This document shows positions 11,837 through 25,469 of a stretch of DNA of 64,000 nucleotides, piece after piece. The DNA lies in NCBI GenBank assembly GCA_964016885.1, contig OZ024742.1:356190001-356254000 (forward strand), read 5' to 3'. The position numbers were made by a program, and so were the translations under genes. The first letter of the stretch is position 1. Every line of letters starts with the position of its first letter. The notes below the pieces were generated by a model. The model saw only the letters and a program-made list of their open reading frames with translations. It ran no database searches and had not been told where the DNA came from. Source of the DNA: Eledone cirrhosa (lineage: Eukaryota).

Positions 11837-12485
11837 GCAACTAGGATTTTATTTCATCCTCAAGTGCACGGAATAGATGAAGACAAGACACCAAATGTAT
11901 CATTACAATTGATACCACTTGAAAAGTAAGTCTGGATGACCAAATATAACCTAACACAATAGCGAAAGATGGGGATCGATGGAGACAGTGGGATATTGGT
12001 TGCATTGTGTTTGTAACTACACTGGAAAGCATGTCCGAGTATCGGTAGAGGTTCGGACATGCTTTCCAGCGTAGTTACGTCCCTTTATGATATGAGTTGA
12101 TAAAATAAAGTACCAGTAATGTACTGGATAATTGCTAGCGTTGTGCCAAAAGTAGAACCAATTGTGTTCAGACCTGATGTATATATTTTCTTCATGCTCA
12201 ATGAGGCCGGGGTCCCAAAGCATCGTCATGTGTAGAGCTAAGAATCAATTTCTCATTGGTGGGAGGTATGAGGGGGTGTGTTCTGCTGCAGTCTGGTTTC
12301 TTCTAGTAAGTTTTGTAACAAGTTAATGGTTCCTCTGGGTGGGTTGTTGGCCCTCCATAGAATAGTGAGATGATAGGGCTGCCATCTTGGTGGTGAGCTG
12401 ACATGCCTAACATCACTGTTAGTTTGGAACCTCCCCAGGAGACTGGCTTGTCTAGGGTGGCCCTATCAGGAGCAAAGCTCGAGAC

Positions 12486-13097
12486 CAGTGGTTATCAACC
12501 TTTTTTTGCTAACGGCACACCTTGGAAGACATGAAAATATAGTGGCACACCTGGCTAAATATATATAAAAAATATTTGAATTTTACAAAATAAAAACATG
12601 GCAAGTCATAGACGGCATACAACTGTAGACACAGACTAGTGATAGATGGCATACAACTGTAGACACAGACTAGTCATAGACGGCATACAACTGTAGACAC
12701 AGACTAGTGATAGATGGCATACAACTGTAGACACAGACAAGTCATAGACGGCATACAACTGTAGACACAGACTAGTGATAGATGGCATACAACTGTAGAC
12801 ACAGACTAGTCATAGACACATAGAATGACTCGAACTAAATAAAGAAAAACACTGCTATGAACTTACTTTATTGCAGTGTTTTGAATTTCATCAGTCTGGC
12901 TTCTTTAGTGAGAAATTTGTGCTTGGCTTTTATTCATAATTTCCTCAGTTTGGTTGAATATGTGACATACACATCTCATTTCTTCTTCCATTGTACGTAA
13001 TTTCTCACACTTCTTGTTTTTGATGTTGTTTAATGTTGAGAACCCTTTTCTTAGTGTGCTGTTCAAAGTTTTGTGGCACACTGGTTGAGAATCACTG
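12486..13097. mobile_element. Non-autonomous hAT element with a transposase C-terminal remnant and an internal minisatellite
   Basis: TIRs CAGTGGTTATCAACC / GGTTGAGAATCACTG; TSD CTCGAGAC / CTCTAGAC; subterminal GGCACAC repeats; minus strand ~12960-13050 reads GFSTLNNIKNKKCEKLRTMEEEMR (hAT dimerization-like). Confidence 0.85.
12605..12820. repeat. 34-bp minisatellite with alternating A/B units (68-bp higher-order repeat), ~6 copies
   Basis: GTCATAGACGG.../GTGATAGATGG...CATACAACTGTAGACACAGACTA. Confidence 0.93.
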
Positions 13098-14668
13098 CTC
13101 TAGACAGTAATGTTCTCTCAGATATATGGAACACCCAAGCCCCCTTGCCACAGCAAGGCCAGACACAGGAAGGTGTGAATATGTATATATTTATTTACCA
13201 CACCACTTATTTGTTTGTTACTAAGGCAATCATCCCTCTGTTCTGTTATGTCATTATGTGGAATGAGAACAATTTCTTGCTATGAAAAAAATCATTTGAC
13301 TAATAATGTTTTTAGAATATCCGAATGATTTCCGGGTACTTAGCATAGATTTGAAGCCCAGCTGAAAGAAATACAACTAACATAATATATTATGTAGATA
13401 GTGGCTAAGGACATGTGAATGATGTTGAAACATAATCATCTTATTTCCTATAAAACTTATTTCCTATAAAACTTATTTCCTATAATATTTTTAAAACAAT
13501 AGTTTAAACTATATTCCTCTCTGAATGGTTGCATAAACATAATTATTAAGATATTTTTATGAATATAAAGAATGTTATTTTATTTTTTCGTTTCAAATGT
13601 TTTATGGTAAACTTAAGAAAAACGAGAAAAGACTGTCTGGGAAACATCGATAATTTGCATAAGAATATTCCTCTGACATACCATTAACTTATAGTGGCAT
13701 AACTTACAATTTATCATTATCCTCACTGTTTTAAATCCATCTTCATATACGTATAAGCAAGATAAGGTTTCTACTAACTGTCTAGTCTTGAACCTTGAAA
13801 ACCCATCCAGCTCATGGAAACTGGACATACATTGATGATGATGAGGATTTCCATGTTGGCATGGGTTAGACAATTATCATATATCATATATTATATATGA
13901 CTTCTAATTTCAGTGCAAGACCGAAGAATCTGGCAGAAGGGCAAAGTTGATTAAATCAACCCCATTATTTATTATTCTTCATCTTAGCAATAGATTGACA
14001 GCATCTGTAGAGCATCAGACAATTTGCTTTGCAGTATAGTTACAGCCTTTTATGCTCAGAGTTCAAATCTTACAGGTTAGCTTTGCCTTTCATACATATG
14101 GTATCAATTAAATAAAGCACCGGGATTGCACTGGGATTCATTTAATCAACTTTCCCCCTCCACAAACTTATTGGCCTTATGCCTAAATCAGAAATCATTA
14201 CTCTTCATCATTTTTTTTTAATCTCACCCTTTACTCCTGCCATAGAATAATCCATGTACCAACCAATCTTCTTTCATGCCGACATCAACAAAGAAATTAG
14301 AATGATTACATCTGTATTTAAAACTAAGTGAAAAGATGCACTGAATGTTACATGCAGAATGATTCCTGATTAATTTGAATTTCTCATAGTTGAAGAGACA
14401 GAAATCAATCACTAAATGGAAATTGTTAATGATTCTGAAACAAAAGCTGGGATAATTTCATGAGATTAATATCTCGGTTTATTTACATGCTCAGGTAGAG
14501 GAAAGTCTGATTGAGCTTTATTAGCCAACATGGGACAGTGTTCAGAGCAGTTTCAATCTAATTTCTTGAAAATGTCTCCCAAATATTTTTTGTGGAGATG
14601 TCACTAACAAACCAATTGACACCAGATTTTTATTTTTTCTGATAAATTTGAAAAATTTGAATTAATTT

Positions 14669-14706
<38 letters not shown>

Positions 14707-14739
14707 ATTTGTATATGACATTCAATACATCAACATTTA

Positions 14740-14990
14740 ACTTCTTCTTCTCCCACATATTCCTGAGAGGGCCATGGGTGCAGTCCTTAAAACATTCCTT
14801 CCAGCTGGATCCCTAAGCATGACCAGTCAAGCTCATGGATGTTATCCAACTATTTTGCTCAGGGTCTACACCTGGGCCTCTTGCCAGTTGGTTTTGCCAG
14901 TAACATCTATCCAGCAATTCTTTTCCAATTCTAACTACGGAGCTGTGATGTCTTAATTCAGTGATGTAGTGGCTGTATCTGGAGTGACTC
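14740..14990 (-). mobile_element. Old RTE-type LINE 3' remnant
   Basis: Minus strand reads GKRPRCRP*AK*LDNI, a decayed GKRPRGRP..W.D.I motif. Confidence 0.5.
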
Positions 14991-15599
14991 TCTGATCTCT
15001 GAGCTATGCACTCCATTGGGTAACATTACTCCAAAGACCCTTTGGAGGAACCCCATTTTGGCCACTTATATTTGTGATCATATTCAATATCTAACTTAAT
15101 TATCGAAATCCATGTCATTGGCCCATTAGATTATTTCCTGTAGTTCATTTTATTTTTATTTGAATATCACCAATCAATAAACTCATCTGTTGCAACAAAT
15201 GAAGTCTTCAATATTTTACATTAATTTTATCATGCCAATATAGATAAGATAGGTTTTTGTAAATCTGGACAATTGTATAATGCTGCAGCAATTAACTTCT
15301 ACAACTTGACAGCCTCCGTACCAACCTTAACATAAGAACATTTTTTTTTTTACTCAATCAATCAAAATAGCATGTCCTGTCTAGCAGAACTAAGCAGTTA
15401 CTAAAGTAAGACATGCAATATATACATTTATTAATTCATACACATTATATATGTATATGTCAATAACTTTAGAATAGAAATCATAGTTTCACTGTAGGAT
15501 ATATTGACCTGCTTGAGCATGTTAGTGGCAGATTAGACCAAGGACATTTGCATAATTTTATTCAGAAATATCTGGTAGTATTTTTCTAGCTTGTCATCT

Positions 15600-16000
15600 A
15601 TAACTAGTTCAGTTTTCAATGCTGCATAAGACGGTCAGTATATCTAAGATCTTGATCTTCATATACCCAACTTCTCACAGAACTAAAGGTTACATTGTCA
15701 CATTTGCTTGTATTAGATCACCCCCTCAATATTGATATTCTGTGTTAGGTGACTGTGCAGATTTTGGGAATGCTGTACATGTTCAATCTCTCTATATGTC
15801 CAAAGTACATGCTGGTTGGTTAGTATGATCTTTATTTCACTTAAGATGAGTTAGATCACAGCTTGCATAAGTATCAGAGAAAATGTTGGTGATTCTAGCT
15901 GTATAGCCAAAGTCACACTAGCTGTGGTATGCATCATCGTTATGGAATTGAAGATCAATTTTTTATAGTCATGGTCTTTGTTCATGCATGGAGTCCATCT
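15600..16000 (-). pseudogene. Highly decayed LINE RT remnant
   Basis: Faint DDA..., HQP-like and YLG-like motif spacing on the minus strand; many stops. Confidence 0.3.
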
Positions 16001-16205
16001 GCTAGTGTTGAAAATCTTACTATCCATGAAATATATTATCTTGTCTAAATGTGGGAGGTACTCATAATGAGCTCTAATACCACCGAGGAGAAGCTAAAAA
16101 ACATGACTTTTATATATCAACATTGATGAGCTGGTCATGCTGTGTAAATGACACCATATCAGTTGTAAAAACACACTTTTATATATATATATATATGAGA
16201 GAGAG

Positions 16206-16236
<31 letters not shown>

Positions 16237-16439
16237 TACACATACTGTAAAGTGGTTGTGTAGGCATCAAAACAAAAAGCTCTCAGTACTCAGTGGTTGA
16301 CATTAGGAAGGCATCCAGCTGTAGAAATCAAACCAAAATCAGTTCTGTATGTACAGGACATGGTCCGACTTGGCATTTCTCACAACAGGTAAATTCGTCT
16401 AGCCCATGCTAGCAGAGTAAAAATGGGCGTTTAGTGGTG

Positions 16440-16477
<38 letters not shown>

Positions 16478-17120
16478 TAAAAATTGTCTTGTATTGAGAC
16501 AAGTATGTTAAAATTCATACAAAAATGTGAAAACTCAATGGTAAAACAGCCAAATACTGTCAAAGACAGAGATGGGTAAAAATACCTCATGACAGAGACC
16601 AGCAGCCGGTGGTCACCAGAGAGTAAATCCACGAGTTGGGTGATAGGAGATGGAATACAGAAGTGACTGGAAGAAGGCAATAAAGAAAGGTGATATACAA
16701 GACAAGTTCACACACACATCTACTCATTAGCTCTCAAATCAACAAAAGGTTTTGACATGATTTAACTGAGAGAACCATTTTAAAAAAGCAGGATCGGGCA
16801 ACAGAAAAATAATAAATTCGTTGGTTAGGATGATGTGTAAGTGACAAAACAAACAGAAAACGCATAGACACATACAGACACATACAGACACAGACAGACC
16901 AGCGAGCGAAGCAAAATGTGTGTGAGTGTGTGTATATGTGTTACACGACCTCGACAAAGAGCAATAACCCAGAAACAATATTATTGTTGATTGTTTCTCT
17001 CTGTCCCTGCTAGAACAAAATGATGACCATCTATAAAACAGCATTATTAGACTGTTTGCTTGTATACAAATCAAATATTATTATTGCTCGATATATAATT
17101 CACGAATGCATATATATATA

Positions 17121-19953
17121 TATCAAAAGGCCTTAAAGTTAACTTGTCTAAGACTAAAGTTCTAGTTTGTAGGAAGGAAAATAGGGCACCGGTCCCATCT
17201 GGGAAATGGCCATGCTCAGTGTGTAGCAAAGGAGTAGGCAGAAACTCCATTATATGTCCCAAATGCAAAGTATGGGTGCATAGTGGGATCACAGGTAAGC
17301 TAACTAAGAATATAGATTTTATATGTGGCCGGTGCTCTGGTGAAATAAGTAGCAACAAGTGCCCACAGAATACTAGCTCATTCCATTGCACAGAGGGTTC
17401 TATAGAAATAGTGGACAGCTTCCGTTACCTGGGTGACAAAATCGGCAGTGGGGGAGGATGCTCTGAAAGTACAGTAGCTAGAGTCAGAACGGGATGGAAA
17501 AAGTTCAGAGAGCTTATATCACTATTGGCCGCTAAAGGGTTCTCTCTAAAAATGAAAGGCAGGCTGTATGATGCCTGCATACGAACAGCAATGTTACATG
17601 GCTGTGAAACCTGGGCATTGTGTGCAGAGGATATACGCAGACTGGAGAGAAACAAAGCTTGCATGCTCCGCTGGATGTGTAATAGTAATATACGTGAATG
17701 GCAAAGCATTGTAGCAGTTGCCTCCCTTGTTGTGACACTCACAACACCATCTAGACAGGAAGTAGAACCCTTTCTGTAACTTCCGGTCAGAACCCTATAA
17801 AACTAACAACTTTAAGTTCTCCCTCTCTCATTTGCCCTTCCGGCGCCTGGCCTTCTGCCAGCCGCGTTTGCCGAAAAAATATAGCGGAAAACTGGGTTGT
17901 ATGAATGTAACAAGGAGACATGGTTTGTGTGTATAATATTTAATTAACAATTTAACAGTATAGTTGACATGTCAATGAATAAACGAAATAATGAAGCAAA
18001 GTTAGTAGTTACTGTTTTGATTGCCTGCTCGCGCGTTAGAAATATTATTTTTTAAACCTAACTTAACCTTGTATTGGCACGTGTAGGCAGTACAAATTCT
18101 CGACTCACAGAGATAGCCGCACGCCAGAGATAACGTTTCTCGCCAAGGATTATTCAGCCTTAAGCTATATTCTCCTATTTGCCGGTTTAAAAATTTACCA
18201 CGTAAATTTGCCGTTGAAAACTGCGCATTTATTCAGGGTGCTTATTTCTTTGGTCGCTGGCCTCTTAACCCTTCCAGGTCAACGCATTCTCAACATCGAC
18301 CATCAACTTTGGCTGTTATTTCTAGCACTTTGCGCAACTCATTTTTTCTGAAAAAAATTTTTTTACTGTGAATTTAAACACCGAATACGCTCACTCCGCG
18401 AGACAACATCAACAGCAACACAGCTTCACCAACAACCAAAACCAGCAGAACAAGCCAGAGAATTTATTTTTGCAGCACTCTTCCTGTGAGAAAATCCATT
18501 CGGAGGTTGGAAATTTCACGATATACCACAGAACAGAAACCACCTGCATTCATTCTCTGGAACACACTTTCTTTCCTGCTGTCATGTGATTGCACACCTG
18601 TGAACTATATTTTGTACATTTGAACTTTGAGCTCTTCTCTTGCTTTATTACATTGTATATTTGGGTGATGGATAGATATATGTCCAGTCGTTCTCTGGCC
18701 AAGAGCGGTTGGCTACCTTGATATCTATCATTGATTTTTGCAAACATTCTTTTGTCGTAATTTTCATGCCTGTTACAACATTCTCGCCAACTTGCTACAT
18801 ATTTCATTCGATTTTTATATTCTAAAATTCTGGCGGGAGGTTATGTAGCAGTTGCCTCCCTTGTTGTGACACTCACAACACCATCTAGACAGGAAGTAGA
18901 ACCCTTTCTGTAACTTCCGGTCAGAACCCTATAAAACTAACAACTTTAAGTTCTCCCTCTCTCATTTGCCCTTCCGGCGCCTGGCCTTCGCCAGGCGTCT
19001 TCTGCCAGCCGCGTTTGCCTGGCAATCAAAACGGTAACTACTAACTTTGCTTCATTCTTTCGTTTATTCATTGACATGTCAACTATACTGTTAAATTGTT
19101 GATTAAATATTATACAAACAAACCATGTCTCCTTGTTACATTCATACAACCCAGTTTTCCGCTATAGCATAAACGAACTAAGGGAGAAATTAGGAATAAG
19201 AGGGATTAGATGTTGTTTACTCGAGAGAAGACTACGTTGGTACGGTCGCGTGATGCGCATGAAAGACGACAGCTGTATAAGAAATTGCAGGGCGATAAAA
19301 ATAGACGATAGCCACGGAGTAGGCAGACCCAGAAAAACCTGGGACGACTTGATAAATTCCGACCTCACACACTTACACCTCTCCAATACAATGTCACTGG
19401 ACCGAGATCTTTGGCGCTACACAGTTATACAGAAAACCCGCCATGCCTAAGTACAAAGCGAAACCTACAGTCAGTAGGCACCTCTAACAAAATACACCCC
19501 TGTTACACTACCCCCACCCCATCCACACCACCCCCTTAAATGAGAAGTTATGTTGGTACCACAACATCCAGTCCGAAACAAATGAGGTCGTGTTGGTGTC
19601 ACGATAAAAAAAAACACACAGTCCATGCTGTAATGTGGTTGTGTAGATAACACGGTAACCCCCCCCAGTACACACTGTAAACGTGGTTGGTGTTGGGAAG
19701 GGCACCCAGCCGTAGAAAATCCACAAGACGTGTAGGTGTCACGACAATAAAACACCCAGTCCACGCTGTAATGTGCCCATGTAGGTAACACAGTAAAAAC
19801 CTCCCAGTCCACACTGTAGGAAGGGCATCCAGCCATAGAAAACTCGCCAGACAGTCTTGAGCAAGACAACCAATCTTGCCTCAAGTGGGACAATTCCCGT
19901 CCAGACCCATGCTAGCGTGGAAAATGGACGTTAAACGATGATGATGATGATGA
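17121..19953 (+). mobile_element. 5'-truncated RTE LINE interrupted by an LTR element (pieces 17121-17709 and 19167-19953)
   Basis: The ORF halves join at GCAAAGCAT|AAACGAAC; (GAT)n tail. Confidence 0.93.
17710..19166 (+). mobile_element. Non-autonomous LTR element (TRIM/LARD-like), 1457 bp
   Basis: 4-bp TSD GCAT (17706-17709 / 19167-19170); ends TGTAGC...GCTATA; 3' LTR 18844-19166 preceded by purine-rich GGCGGGAGG; 5' LTR 17710-18025 with its second half inverted. Confidence 0.85.
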
Positions 19954-20806
19954 TATAAGAAAGAGATGATTAGTTTGAAAGTTCATTGTCTAATCAGAGC
20001 TAACCTGGGCTAAACATCAACATCAACAACAACAACAACACATTTTGAAGTCAATAAGGTGGGCAATCATCCATTGACATGTAATTGTTATTATGAAAAG
20101 TGAGACAATTGAATCTATTAATAAATTCAAACGAGATGTGTTTGTATACATAATGTAATTTTCTATTATTATTATATATTTTTCTCTCTTATATATCCTA
20201 CCACTCACCCAAAACTGTCTGTCATAAATTAATATCAAACTTGAGGTATTGATAAAATAATGATGACCAAGATAGAAACAATAAATTACTGGAATGCAAT
20301 GAACTTGTTAATCTATTTTTTCAGCTCTAATGAAGCATCTCTGATTATTTGACACCCAATTGTCAGTTATTTTGATATTAAAATAGTTTCTCTTAATTTC
20401 TGTAATTGCTTCTTTAAATATTTGATTTTTTGGAAATCTTGATGGCTGATAACATAAATGATAACCAAATTATTTATTATCTTCAACTTTATTTATGATT
20501 CATGACATGAGGAAGAAAGTCTTATCTATTGTTCAGGTTTCATATCTGTATAAATGAGCAGCTTTTATTTATGTCATGTGTAAATAATTTAATAGTCTCA
20601 TATGAAACAAAAAAATACTTGTCTAACAAATCTATATCATTTATTGTTTATAGAAAAAATATTTTATTATTGAAGTATAGTGAAAAGTGTGAATATTAAT
20701 TAGCAAAATTGAAAGAGAAATGTACAAACATTGTGTTCAAATCCTATTGATGTGAACTTTACCTTTAATCCTTCCACAATGAAGTGAACAAGTGCCATCG
20801 CATCTT

Positions 20807-20955
20807 TAACCCTTTAGCATTTAAACTGGTCATATTCGGCCAGAATTCTCTCACCTATTTCTGTTCAAATCGGCTGTAACTAGCTAATGTTAAGGTATTG
20901 TTCTCAAAGTAAATATCAAAATCTCATAGAATCGATATTATGTGAAATAAAGTGT
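20807..20955 (+). mobile_element. piggyBac-like MITE end (TTAA|CCCTTTAGC)
   Basis: TTAA target followed by a CCC terminus; homolog at 11005-11137. Confidence 0.5.
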
Positions 20956-21499
20956 TTACTATGAAAATATAATAGTAAATATAGAGTAATGTAAATGATA
21001 AAGTGTTAAACAGGGTTTTGACACTGTTGATTATTCCTTCTCAGCTGAAGCTGGTGGGAATTTGACTGAGGGGACAGAAAGGGCAAAATGACATCATTCT
21101 CTTCCTTTTCCATGCTAGTAAACTCCTTTTCTAGTGTCACTTTTTCTAGTGGAAATCTGGTGTATTCAGCAAGAAAACCAGGTTTCGTTGCCCAACATGC
21201 TAAAGATTGCAAGTTGTTGAAATACTTAGTGCTTTCCAAAAAGTTTATTTTTGATTCTATAGCAGTGAAGATTTCTGACATAGTCAATTGACATTGTTAG
21301 TACCTCTCCATTAATGTAATGGACGAGGAATGTGGTGCTTAAACTTGAACTGTTATCCAGTTTAACACGTGCTGGCCCTTATGTACCTTTAGCAGAGACC
21401 ACTTTGTTGCAACCATCCAGTTTAAGTCTACAGTTGTAGATAATTTCCTCCTTTTGTGCCACATGATTTGGATGTTCTGACAAACATCATAGCAGTGGG

Positions 21500-21695
21500 G
21501 TCAACAATTTCTGAGAGGAGAAAGTCGATTAAAGCAACCTCAGTGCATTACTGGTACTTTATTTTGATGACACCCGTAAGGATGAAAGACAAAGCTAACC
21601 TTGGAAGGATTTGAATTCAGAATATAAAGACCATAACTCTATGCTGCAAAGCATCTTGTCCAAAACTCTACCAATTACTGCAAGTCCACCACCCT
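21500..21695 (-). mobile_element. SINE family 2, older copy
   Basis: ACTGGTACTTTATTTT...TAAGGATGAAAGACAAAG motif. Confidence 0.7.
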
Positions 21696-22029
21696 ATTGA
21701 TACTACCATTTAATAAATTTACAATAATCAATAATAGAGACTTCTTAGAAATATGCAGCATTTTCATCTTCCACATTTGAAATTTTTTATTTCATTCTTT
21801 TGTTCACAATTATTCCAGGCTGTGGATATAACCACAAATAATAAATATAATTAACTATTGCTAGGAACCTTACAAATACAACACACCAAAATATATGATC
21901 AAAGTGAGAGAAAGAAACAAAAACGACCATCGATTCACCACCAATTTCCACAATCAGCTGCAGAGCACATTACAAGTGTCAACGGAATATTCTGAGGCAA
22001 TCCAACATACTGGCAACATTACCACATGT

Positions 22030-22275
22030 GATGACATGGCAAATGTGCTGAAACAGCAAGGCACATTTATAGGCATCCCCTGACACCACAGTAAAGCCGG
22101 TGGTTGGTGATGCTAACGTGCTGTAACAGCCAGGCACCCTCATGGGCATTCCCTGACACCTCAGTAAGGCCAGGTGATGGTGTGACTAAGGCACTGTAAC
22201 AGCCAGGTACTCTCTCAGGCATGACCTGACACCTCAGTGAGGCCGAGTGATGGCAAGACTAAGGTGTTGAAACAT
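22030..22275. repeat. ~73-bp tandem repeat, ~3.3 copies
   Basis: CTGTAACAGCCAGGCAC...CCTGACACCTCAGTAAGGCC recurs at ~22047, 22120, 22193 and 22265. Confidence 0.8.
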
Positions 22276-23029
22276 TATCTTCTCATTAATTATCAAAACC
22301 TTCAATCACTAGAGAAGGGGTGGAGTGTGAAGCTAGAAATCTTAGCTCCATTAATCAAAATTGCTACAGAAATGGTCAGTTAGTAGGTCTATGGACAACG
22401 GAGATCTTTTATTGACCAGTGCTCCATAACAAACAAGAACTGAAGAGGATAATGCTGAAACATCGAGGTATTAGCAAAATTGTTAAAGTAGTGGCTAGAA
22501 TGCCTTGTGGTATTGGATCATTGCACTCTGAGTTCAATTCCTATCAAGACAGTCTTTACCTTTTATCTTTGTGGGGTCTATAAGGAAACACCATTCTAGT
22601 GTAGGGGTTGATTCTGCTACATGTGTCCTTTCTTTCTCACACTCAAGATTACACCTGCAATTCAAAGGTCCAGTCAGGTTATATTATATCATGTTGATTC
22701 AACCTGAGAATTATGTTATATGTATACATATTTGTGGAATACTCAGCCACTTACATGCTAATTTCATGTGTAGCAATTCAGTTGGTTGAACAATTGAACG
22801 TTCATTGTTGACTGGTGGACATTCAACTGATTTGTCTTAATAGTATGTTGTAGTTAGCTTGTAGCATTGTATATAGTATACAATATAGAAAATATGTTTA
22901 AGAAGGTTAAGAGAATGACAAATGGACGGTTGAAATAAAGGCAATGAACAAGTTTGTTACCTGCTATTTATGGTTGTCCTTTGCTTTTGCCCTTAAATTG
23001 TTTGGCAATGACTGTTGTTTTTTAATCAA

Positions 23030-24400
23030 CTAGTTACTGCATAACACAATATAGCTTTAAACTAGTTTTCACCCACAATAAAGCTTTAAACCAGTTCTCA
23101 CCCATAGAGTAGCTTTAAACCAGTTCTCACCCATAGTGTAGCTTTAAACCAGATCTCTCCCACAGCATAACTTTAAACCAGTTACTGCATATCACAGTAT
23201 AGCTTTAAACCAGTTACTGCATATCGCATAGCTTTAAACCAGTTACTGCATATCACAGTATAGCTTTAAACCAGTTACTGCATATCACATAGCTTTAAAC
23301 CAGTTACTGCATATCACAGTATAGCTTTAAACCAGTTACTGCATATCACAGTATAACTTTAAACCAGTTACTGCATATCACAGTATAGCTTTAAACCAGT
23401 TACTGCATATCGCATAGCTTTAAACCAGTTACTGCATATCACATAGCTTTAAACCAGTTACTGCATATCACAGTATAGCTTTAAACCAGTTACTGCATAT
23501 CACAGTATAGCTTTAAACCAGTTACTGCATATCACAGTATAGCTTTAAACCAGTTACTGCATATCACAGTATAGCTTTAAACCAGTTACTGCATATCACA
23601 TAGCTTTAAACCAGTTACTGCATATCACAGTATAGCTTTAAACCAGTTACTGCATATCACAGTATAGCTTTAAACCAGTTACTGCATATCACAGTATAGC
23701 TTTATACCAGTTACTGCATATCACATAGCTTTATACCAGTTACTGCATATCACAGTATAGCTTTAAACCAGTTACTGCATATCACAGTATAGCTTTAAAC
23801 CAGTTACTGCATATCACATAGCTTTAAACCAGTTACTGCATATCACAGTATAGCTTTAAACCAGTTACTGCATATCACAGTATAGCTTTAAACCAGTTAC
23901 TGCATATCACAGTATAGGTTTAAACCAGTTACTGCATATCACAGTATAGCTTTAAACCAGTTACTGCATATCACATAGCTTTAAACCAGTTACTGCATAT
24001 CACAGTATAGCTTTAAACCAGTTACTGCATATCACATAGCTTTAAACCAGTTACTGCATATCACAGTATAGCTTTAAACCAGTTACTGCATATCACAGTA
24101 TAGCTTTAAACCAGTTACTGCATATCACATAGCTTTAAACCAGTTACTGCATATCACAGTATAGGTTTAAACCAGTTACTGCATATCACAGTATAGCTTT
24201 AAACCAGTTACTGCATATCACATAGCTTTAAACCAGTTACTGCATATCACAGTATAGCTTTAAACCAGTTACTGCATATCACATAGCTTTAAACCAGTTA
24301 CTGCATATCACAGTATAGCTTTAAACCAGTTACTGCATATCACAGTATAGGTTTAAACCAGTTACTGCATATCACAGTATAGCTTTAAGCCAGTTCTCAA
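23030..24400. repeat. Homogeneous minisatellite: 32-bp unit TAGCTTTAAACCAGTTACTGCATATCACAGTA with a 29-bp variant (lacking GTA), ~43 copies
   Basis: Direct inspection; edges are degenerate. Confidence 0.97.
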
Positions 24401-24414
24401 TTATGGAAAAAATA

Positions 24415-24826
24415 GATGGACTTTTTAAAAACAAAGGACGAAGACATCTTATAAGCCACTGAAATGAGAATGTTATGGAGAATAAAAGGAGTTTCGTTTT
24501 TGGATCATAATAAAGGTGAAGATATCAGAAAAGAAAGGAATGTAGACCCTATAATCAAAGAGATTTGAGTGGTCTGTTTAAGGTGGTTTAGGCACAGTGT
24601 TAGGGTGAGTGAAAAAACCCTGTCAAGCAAGCATGAATGATAGAGATACATGGCCGAAGGCATGTTGGAAGGACCAGAAAAGGTTGGAACGATAATATGA
24701 GATCCTCTCTCAAGAAATGGATTGGCATAGGAGGATGATTTAGAAAGGGATAGTTGGAGAGATCATATCAATTTACGAAGGTCATGATAGAGTAGCATTG
24801 ATAGAGAAAATAGATCATGATGATTT
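24415..24826 (+). mobile_element. Old RTE LINE 3' fragment from a different lineage
   Basis: ATEMRMLWRIKGVSFLDHNKGEDIRK...LRWFRH; GAT tail. Confidence 0.7.
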
Positions 24827-25469
24827 CTTAATTCAGAATATCATTTTCAACGATGTTTGTACATGCATGAAATGTCTAGAAAGAGAAAGAAAGAGAAATG
24901 TGTTAAATCTGTTCTTTTAGAAACCAAATGAGGGATATTTGCAATAGTTCAATAAAGAGATATTGGGCAAAGGCTTTGAAATATATTTCTTTAATATAAT
25001 TATGTCAACCATATAGTTGCACATGGATTTCTAATTCACATCTATTTTTATTTGATAGTGGAACACTCAAATATCATTTAATGGGGTTCAATAAGGAATC
25101 AACTCTCTCAACAGGAGTCAATGAAATGATTATCTAATAAAAAGATGAATATAATTCATTATAAAATGCTGTTCAATCTTTTTTTTTTACTTTTTATGTT
25201 TAGCTAGAATTGGAGTAGCAACCCCTCTGACACTTTCCAGGGCTCTTGAGACTGATGGAAATGTGTGATAGAGGAAACTATCCTTAAGCTAGAAACCTGC
25301 TCCAAAAGACCAACAGGTGTTAAACTGGGTGAATAATTAATCTACTGCTTTTCAGGGTCAATCCCATTGTACAGTATCTGTGCAAGTTTCTTCTGTTCTA
25401 GCCTCATTTTGACCAATAATTTGTCAGTGAATTTCCAAGATACAACTTTGAGGAAGCCTGTCATATATA

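Noticed and set aside
23030-24400. CRISPR-like 29-32-bp periodicity
   Set aside because: Units are contiguous with no unique spacers; no cas genes; eukaryotic context
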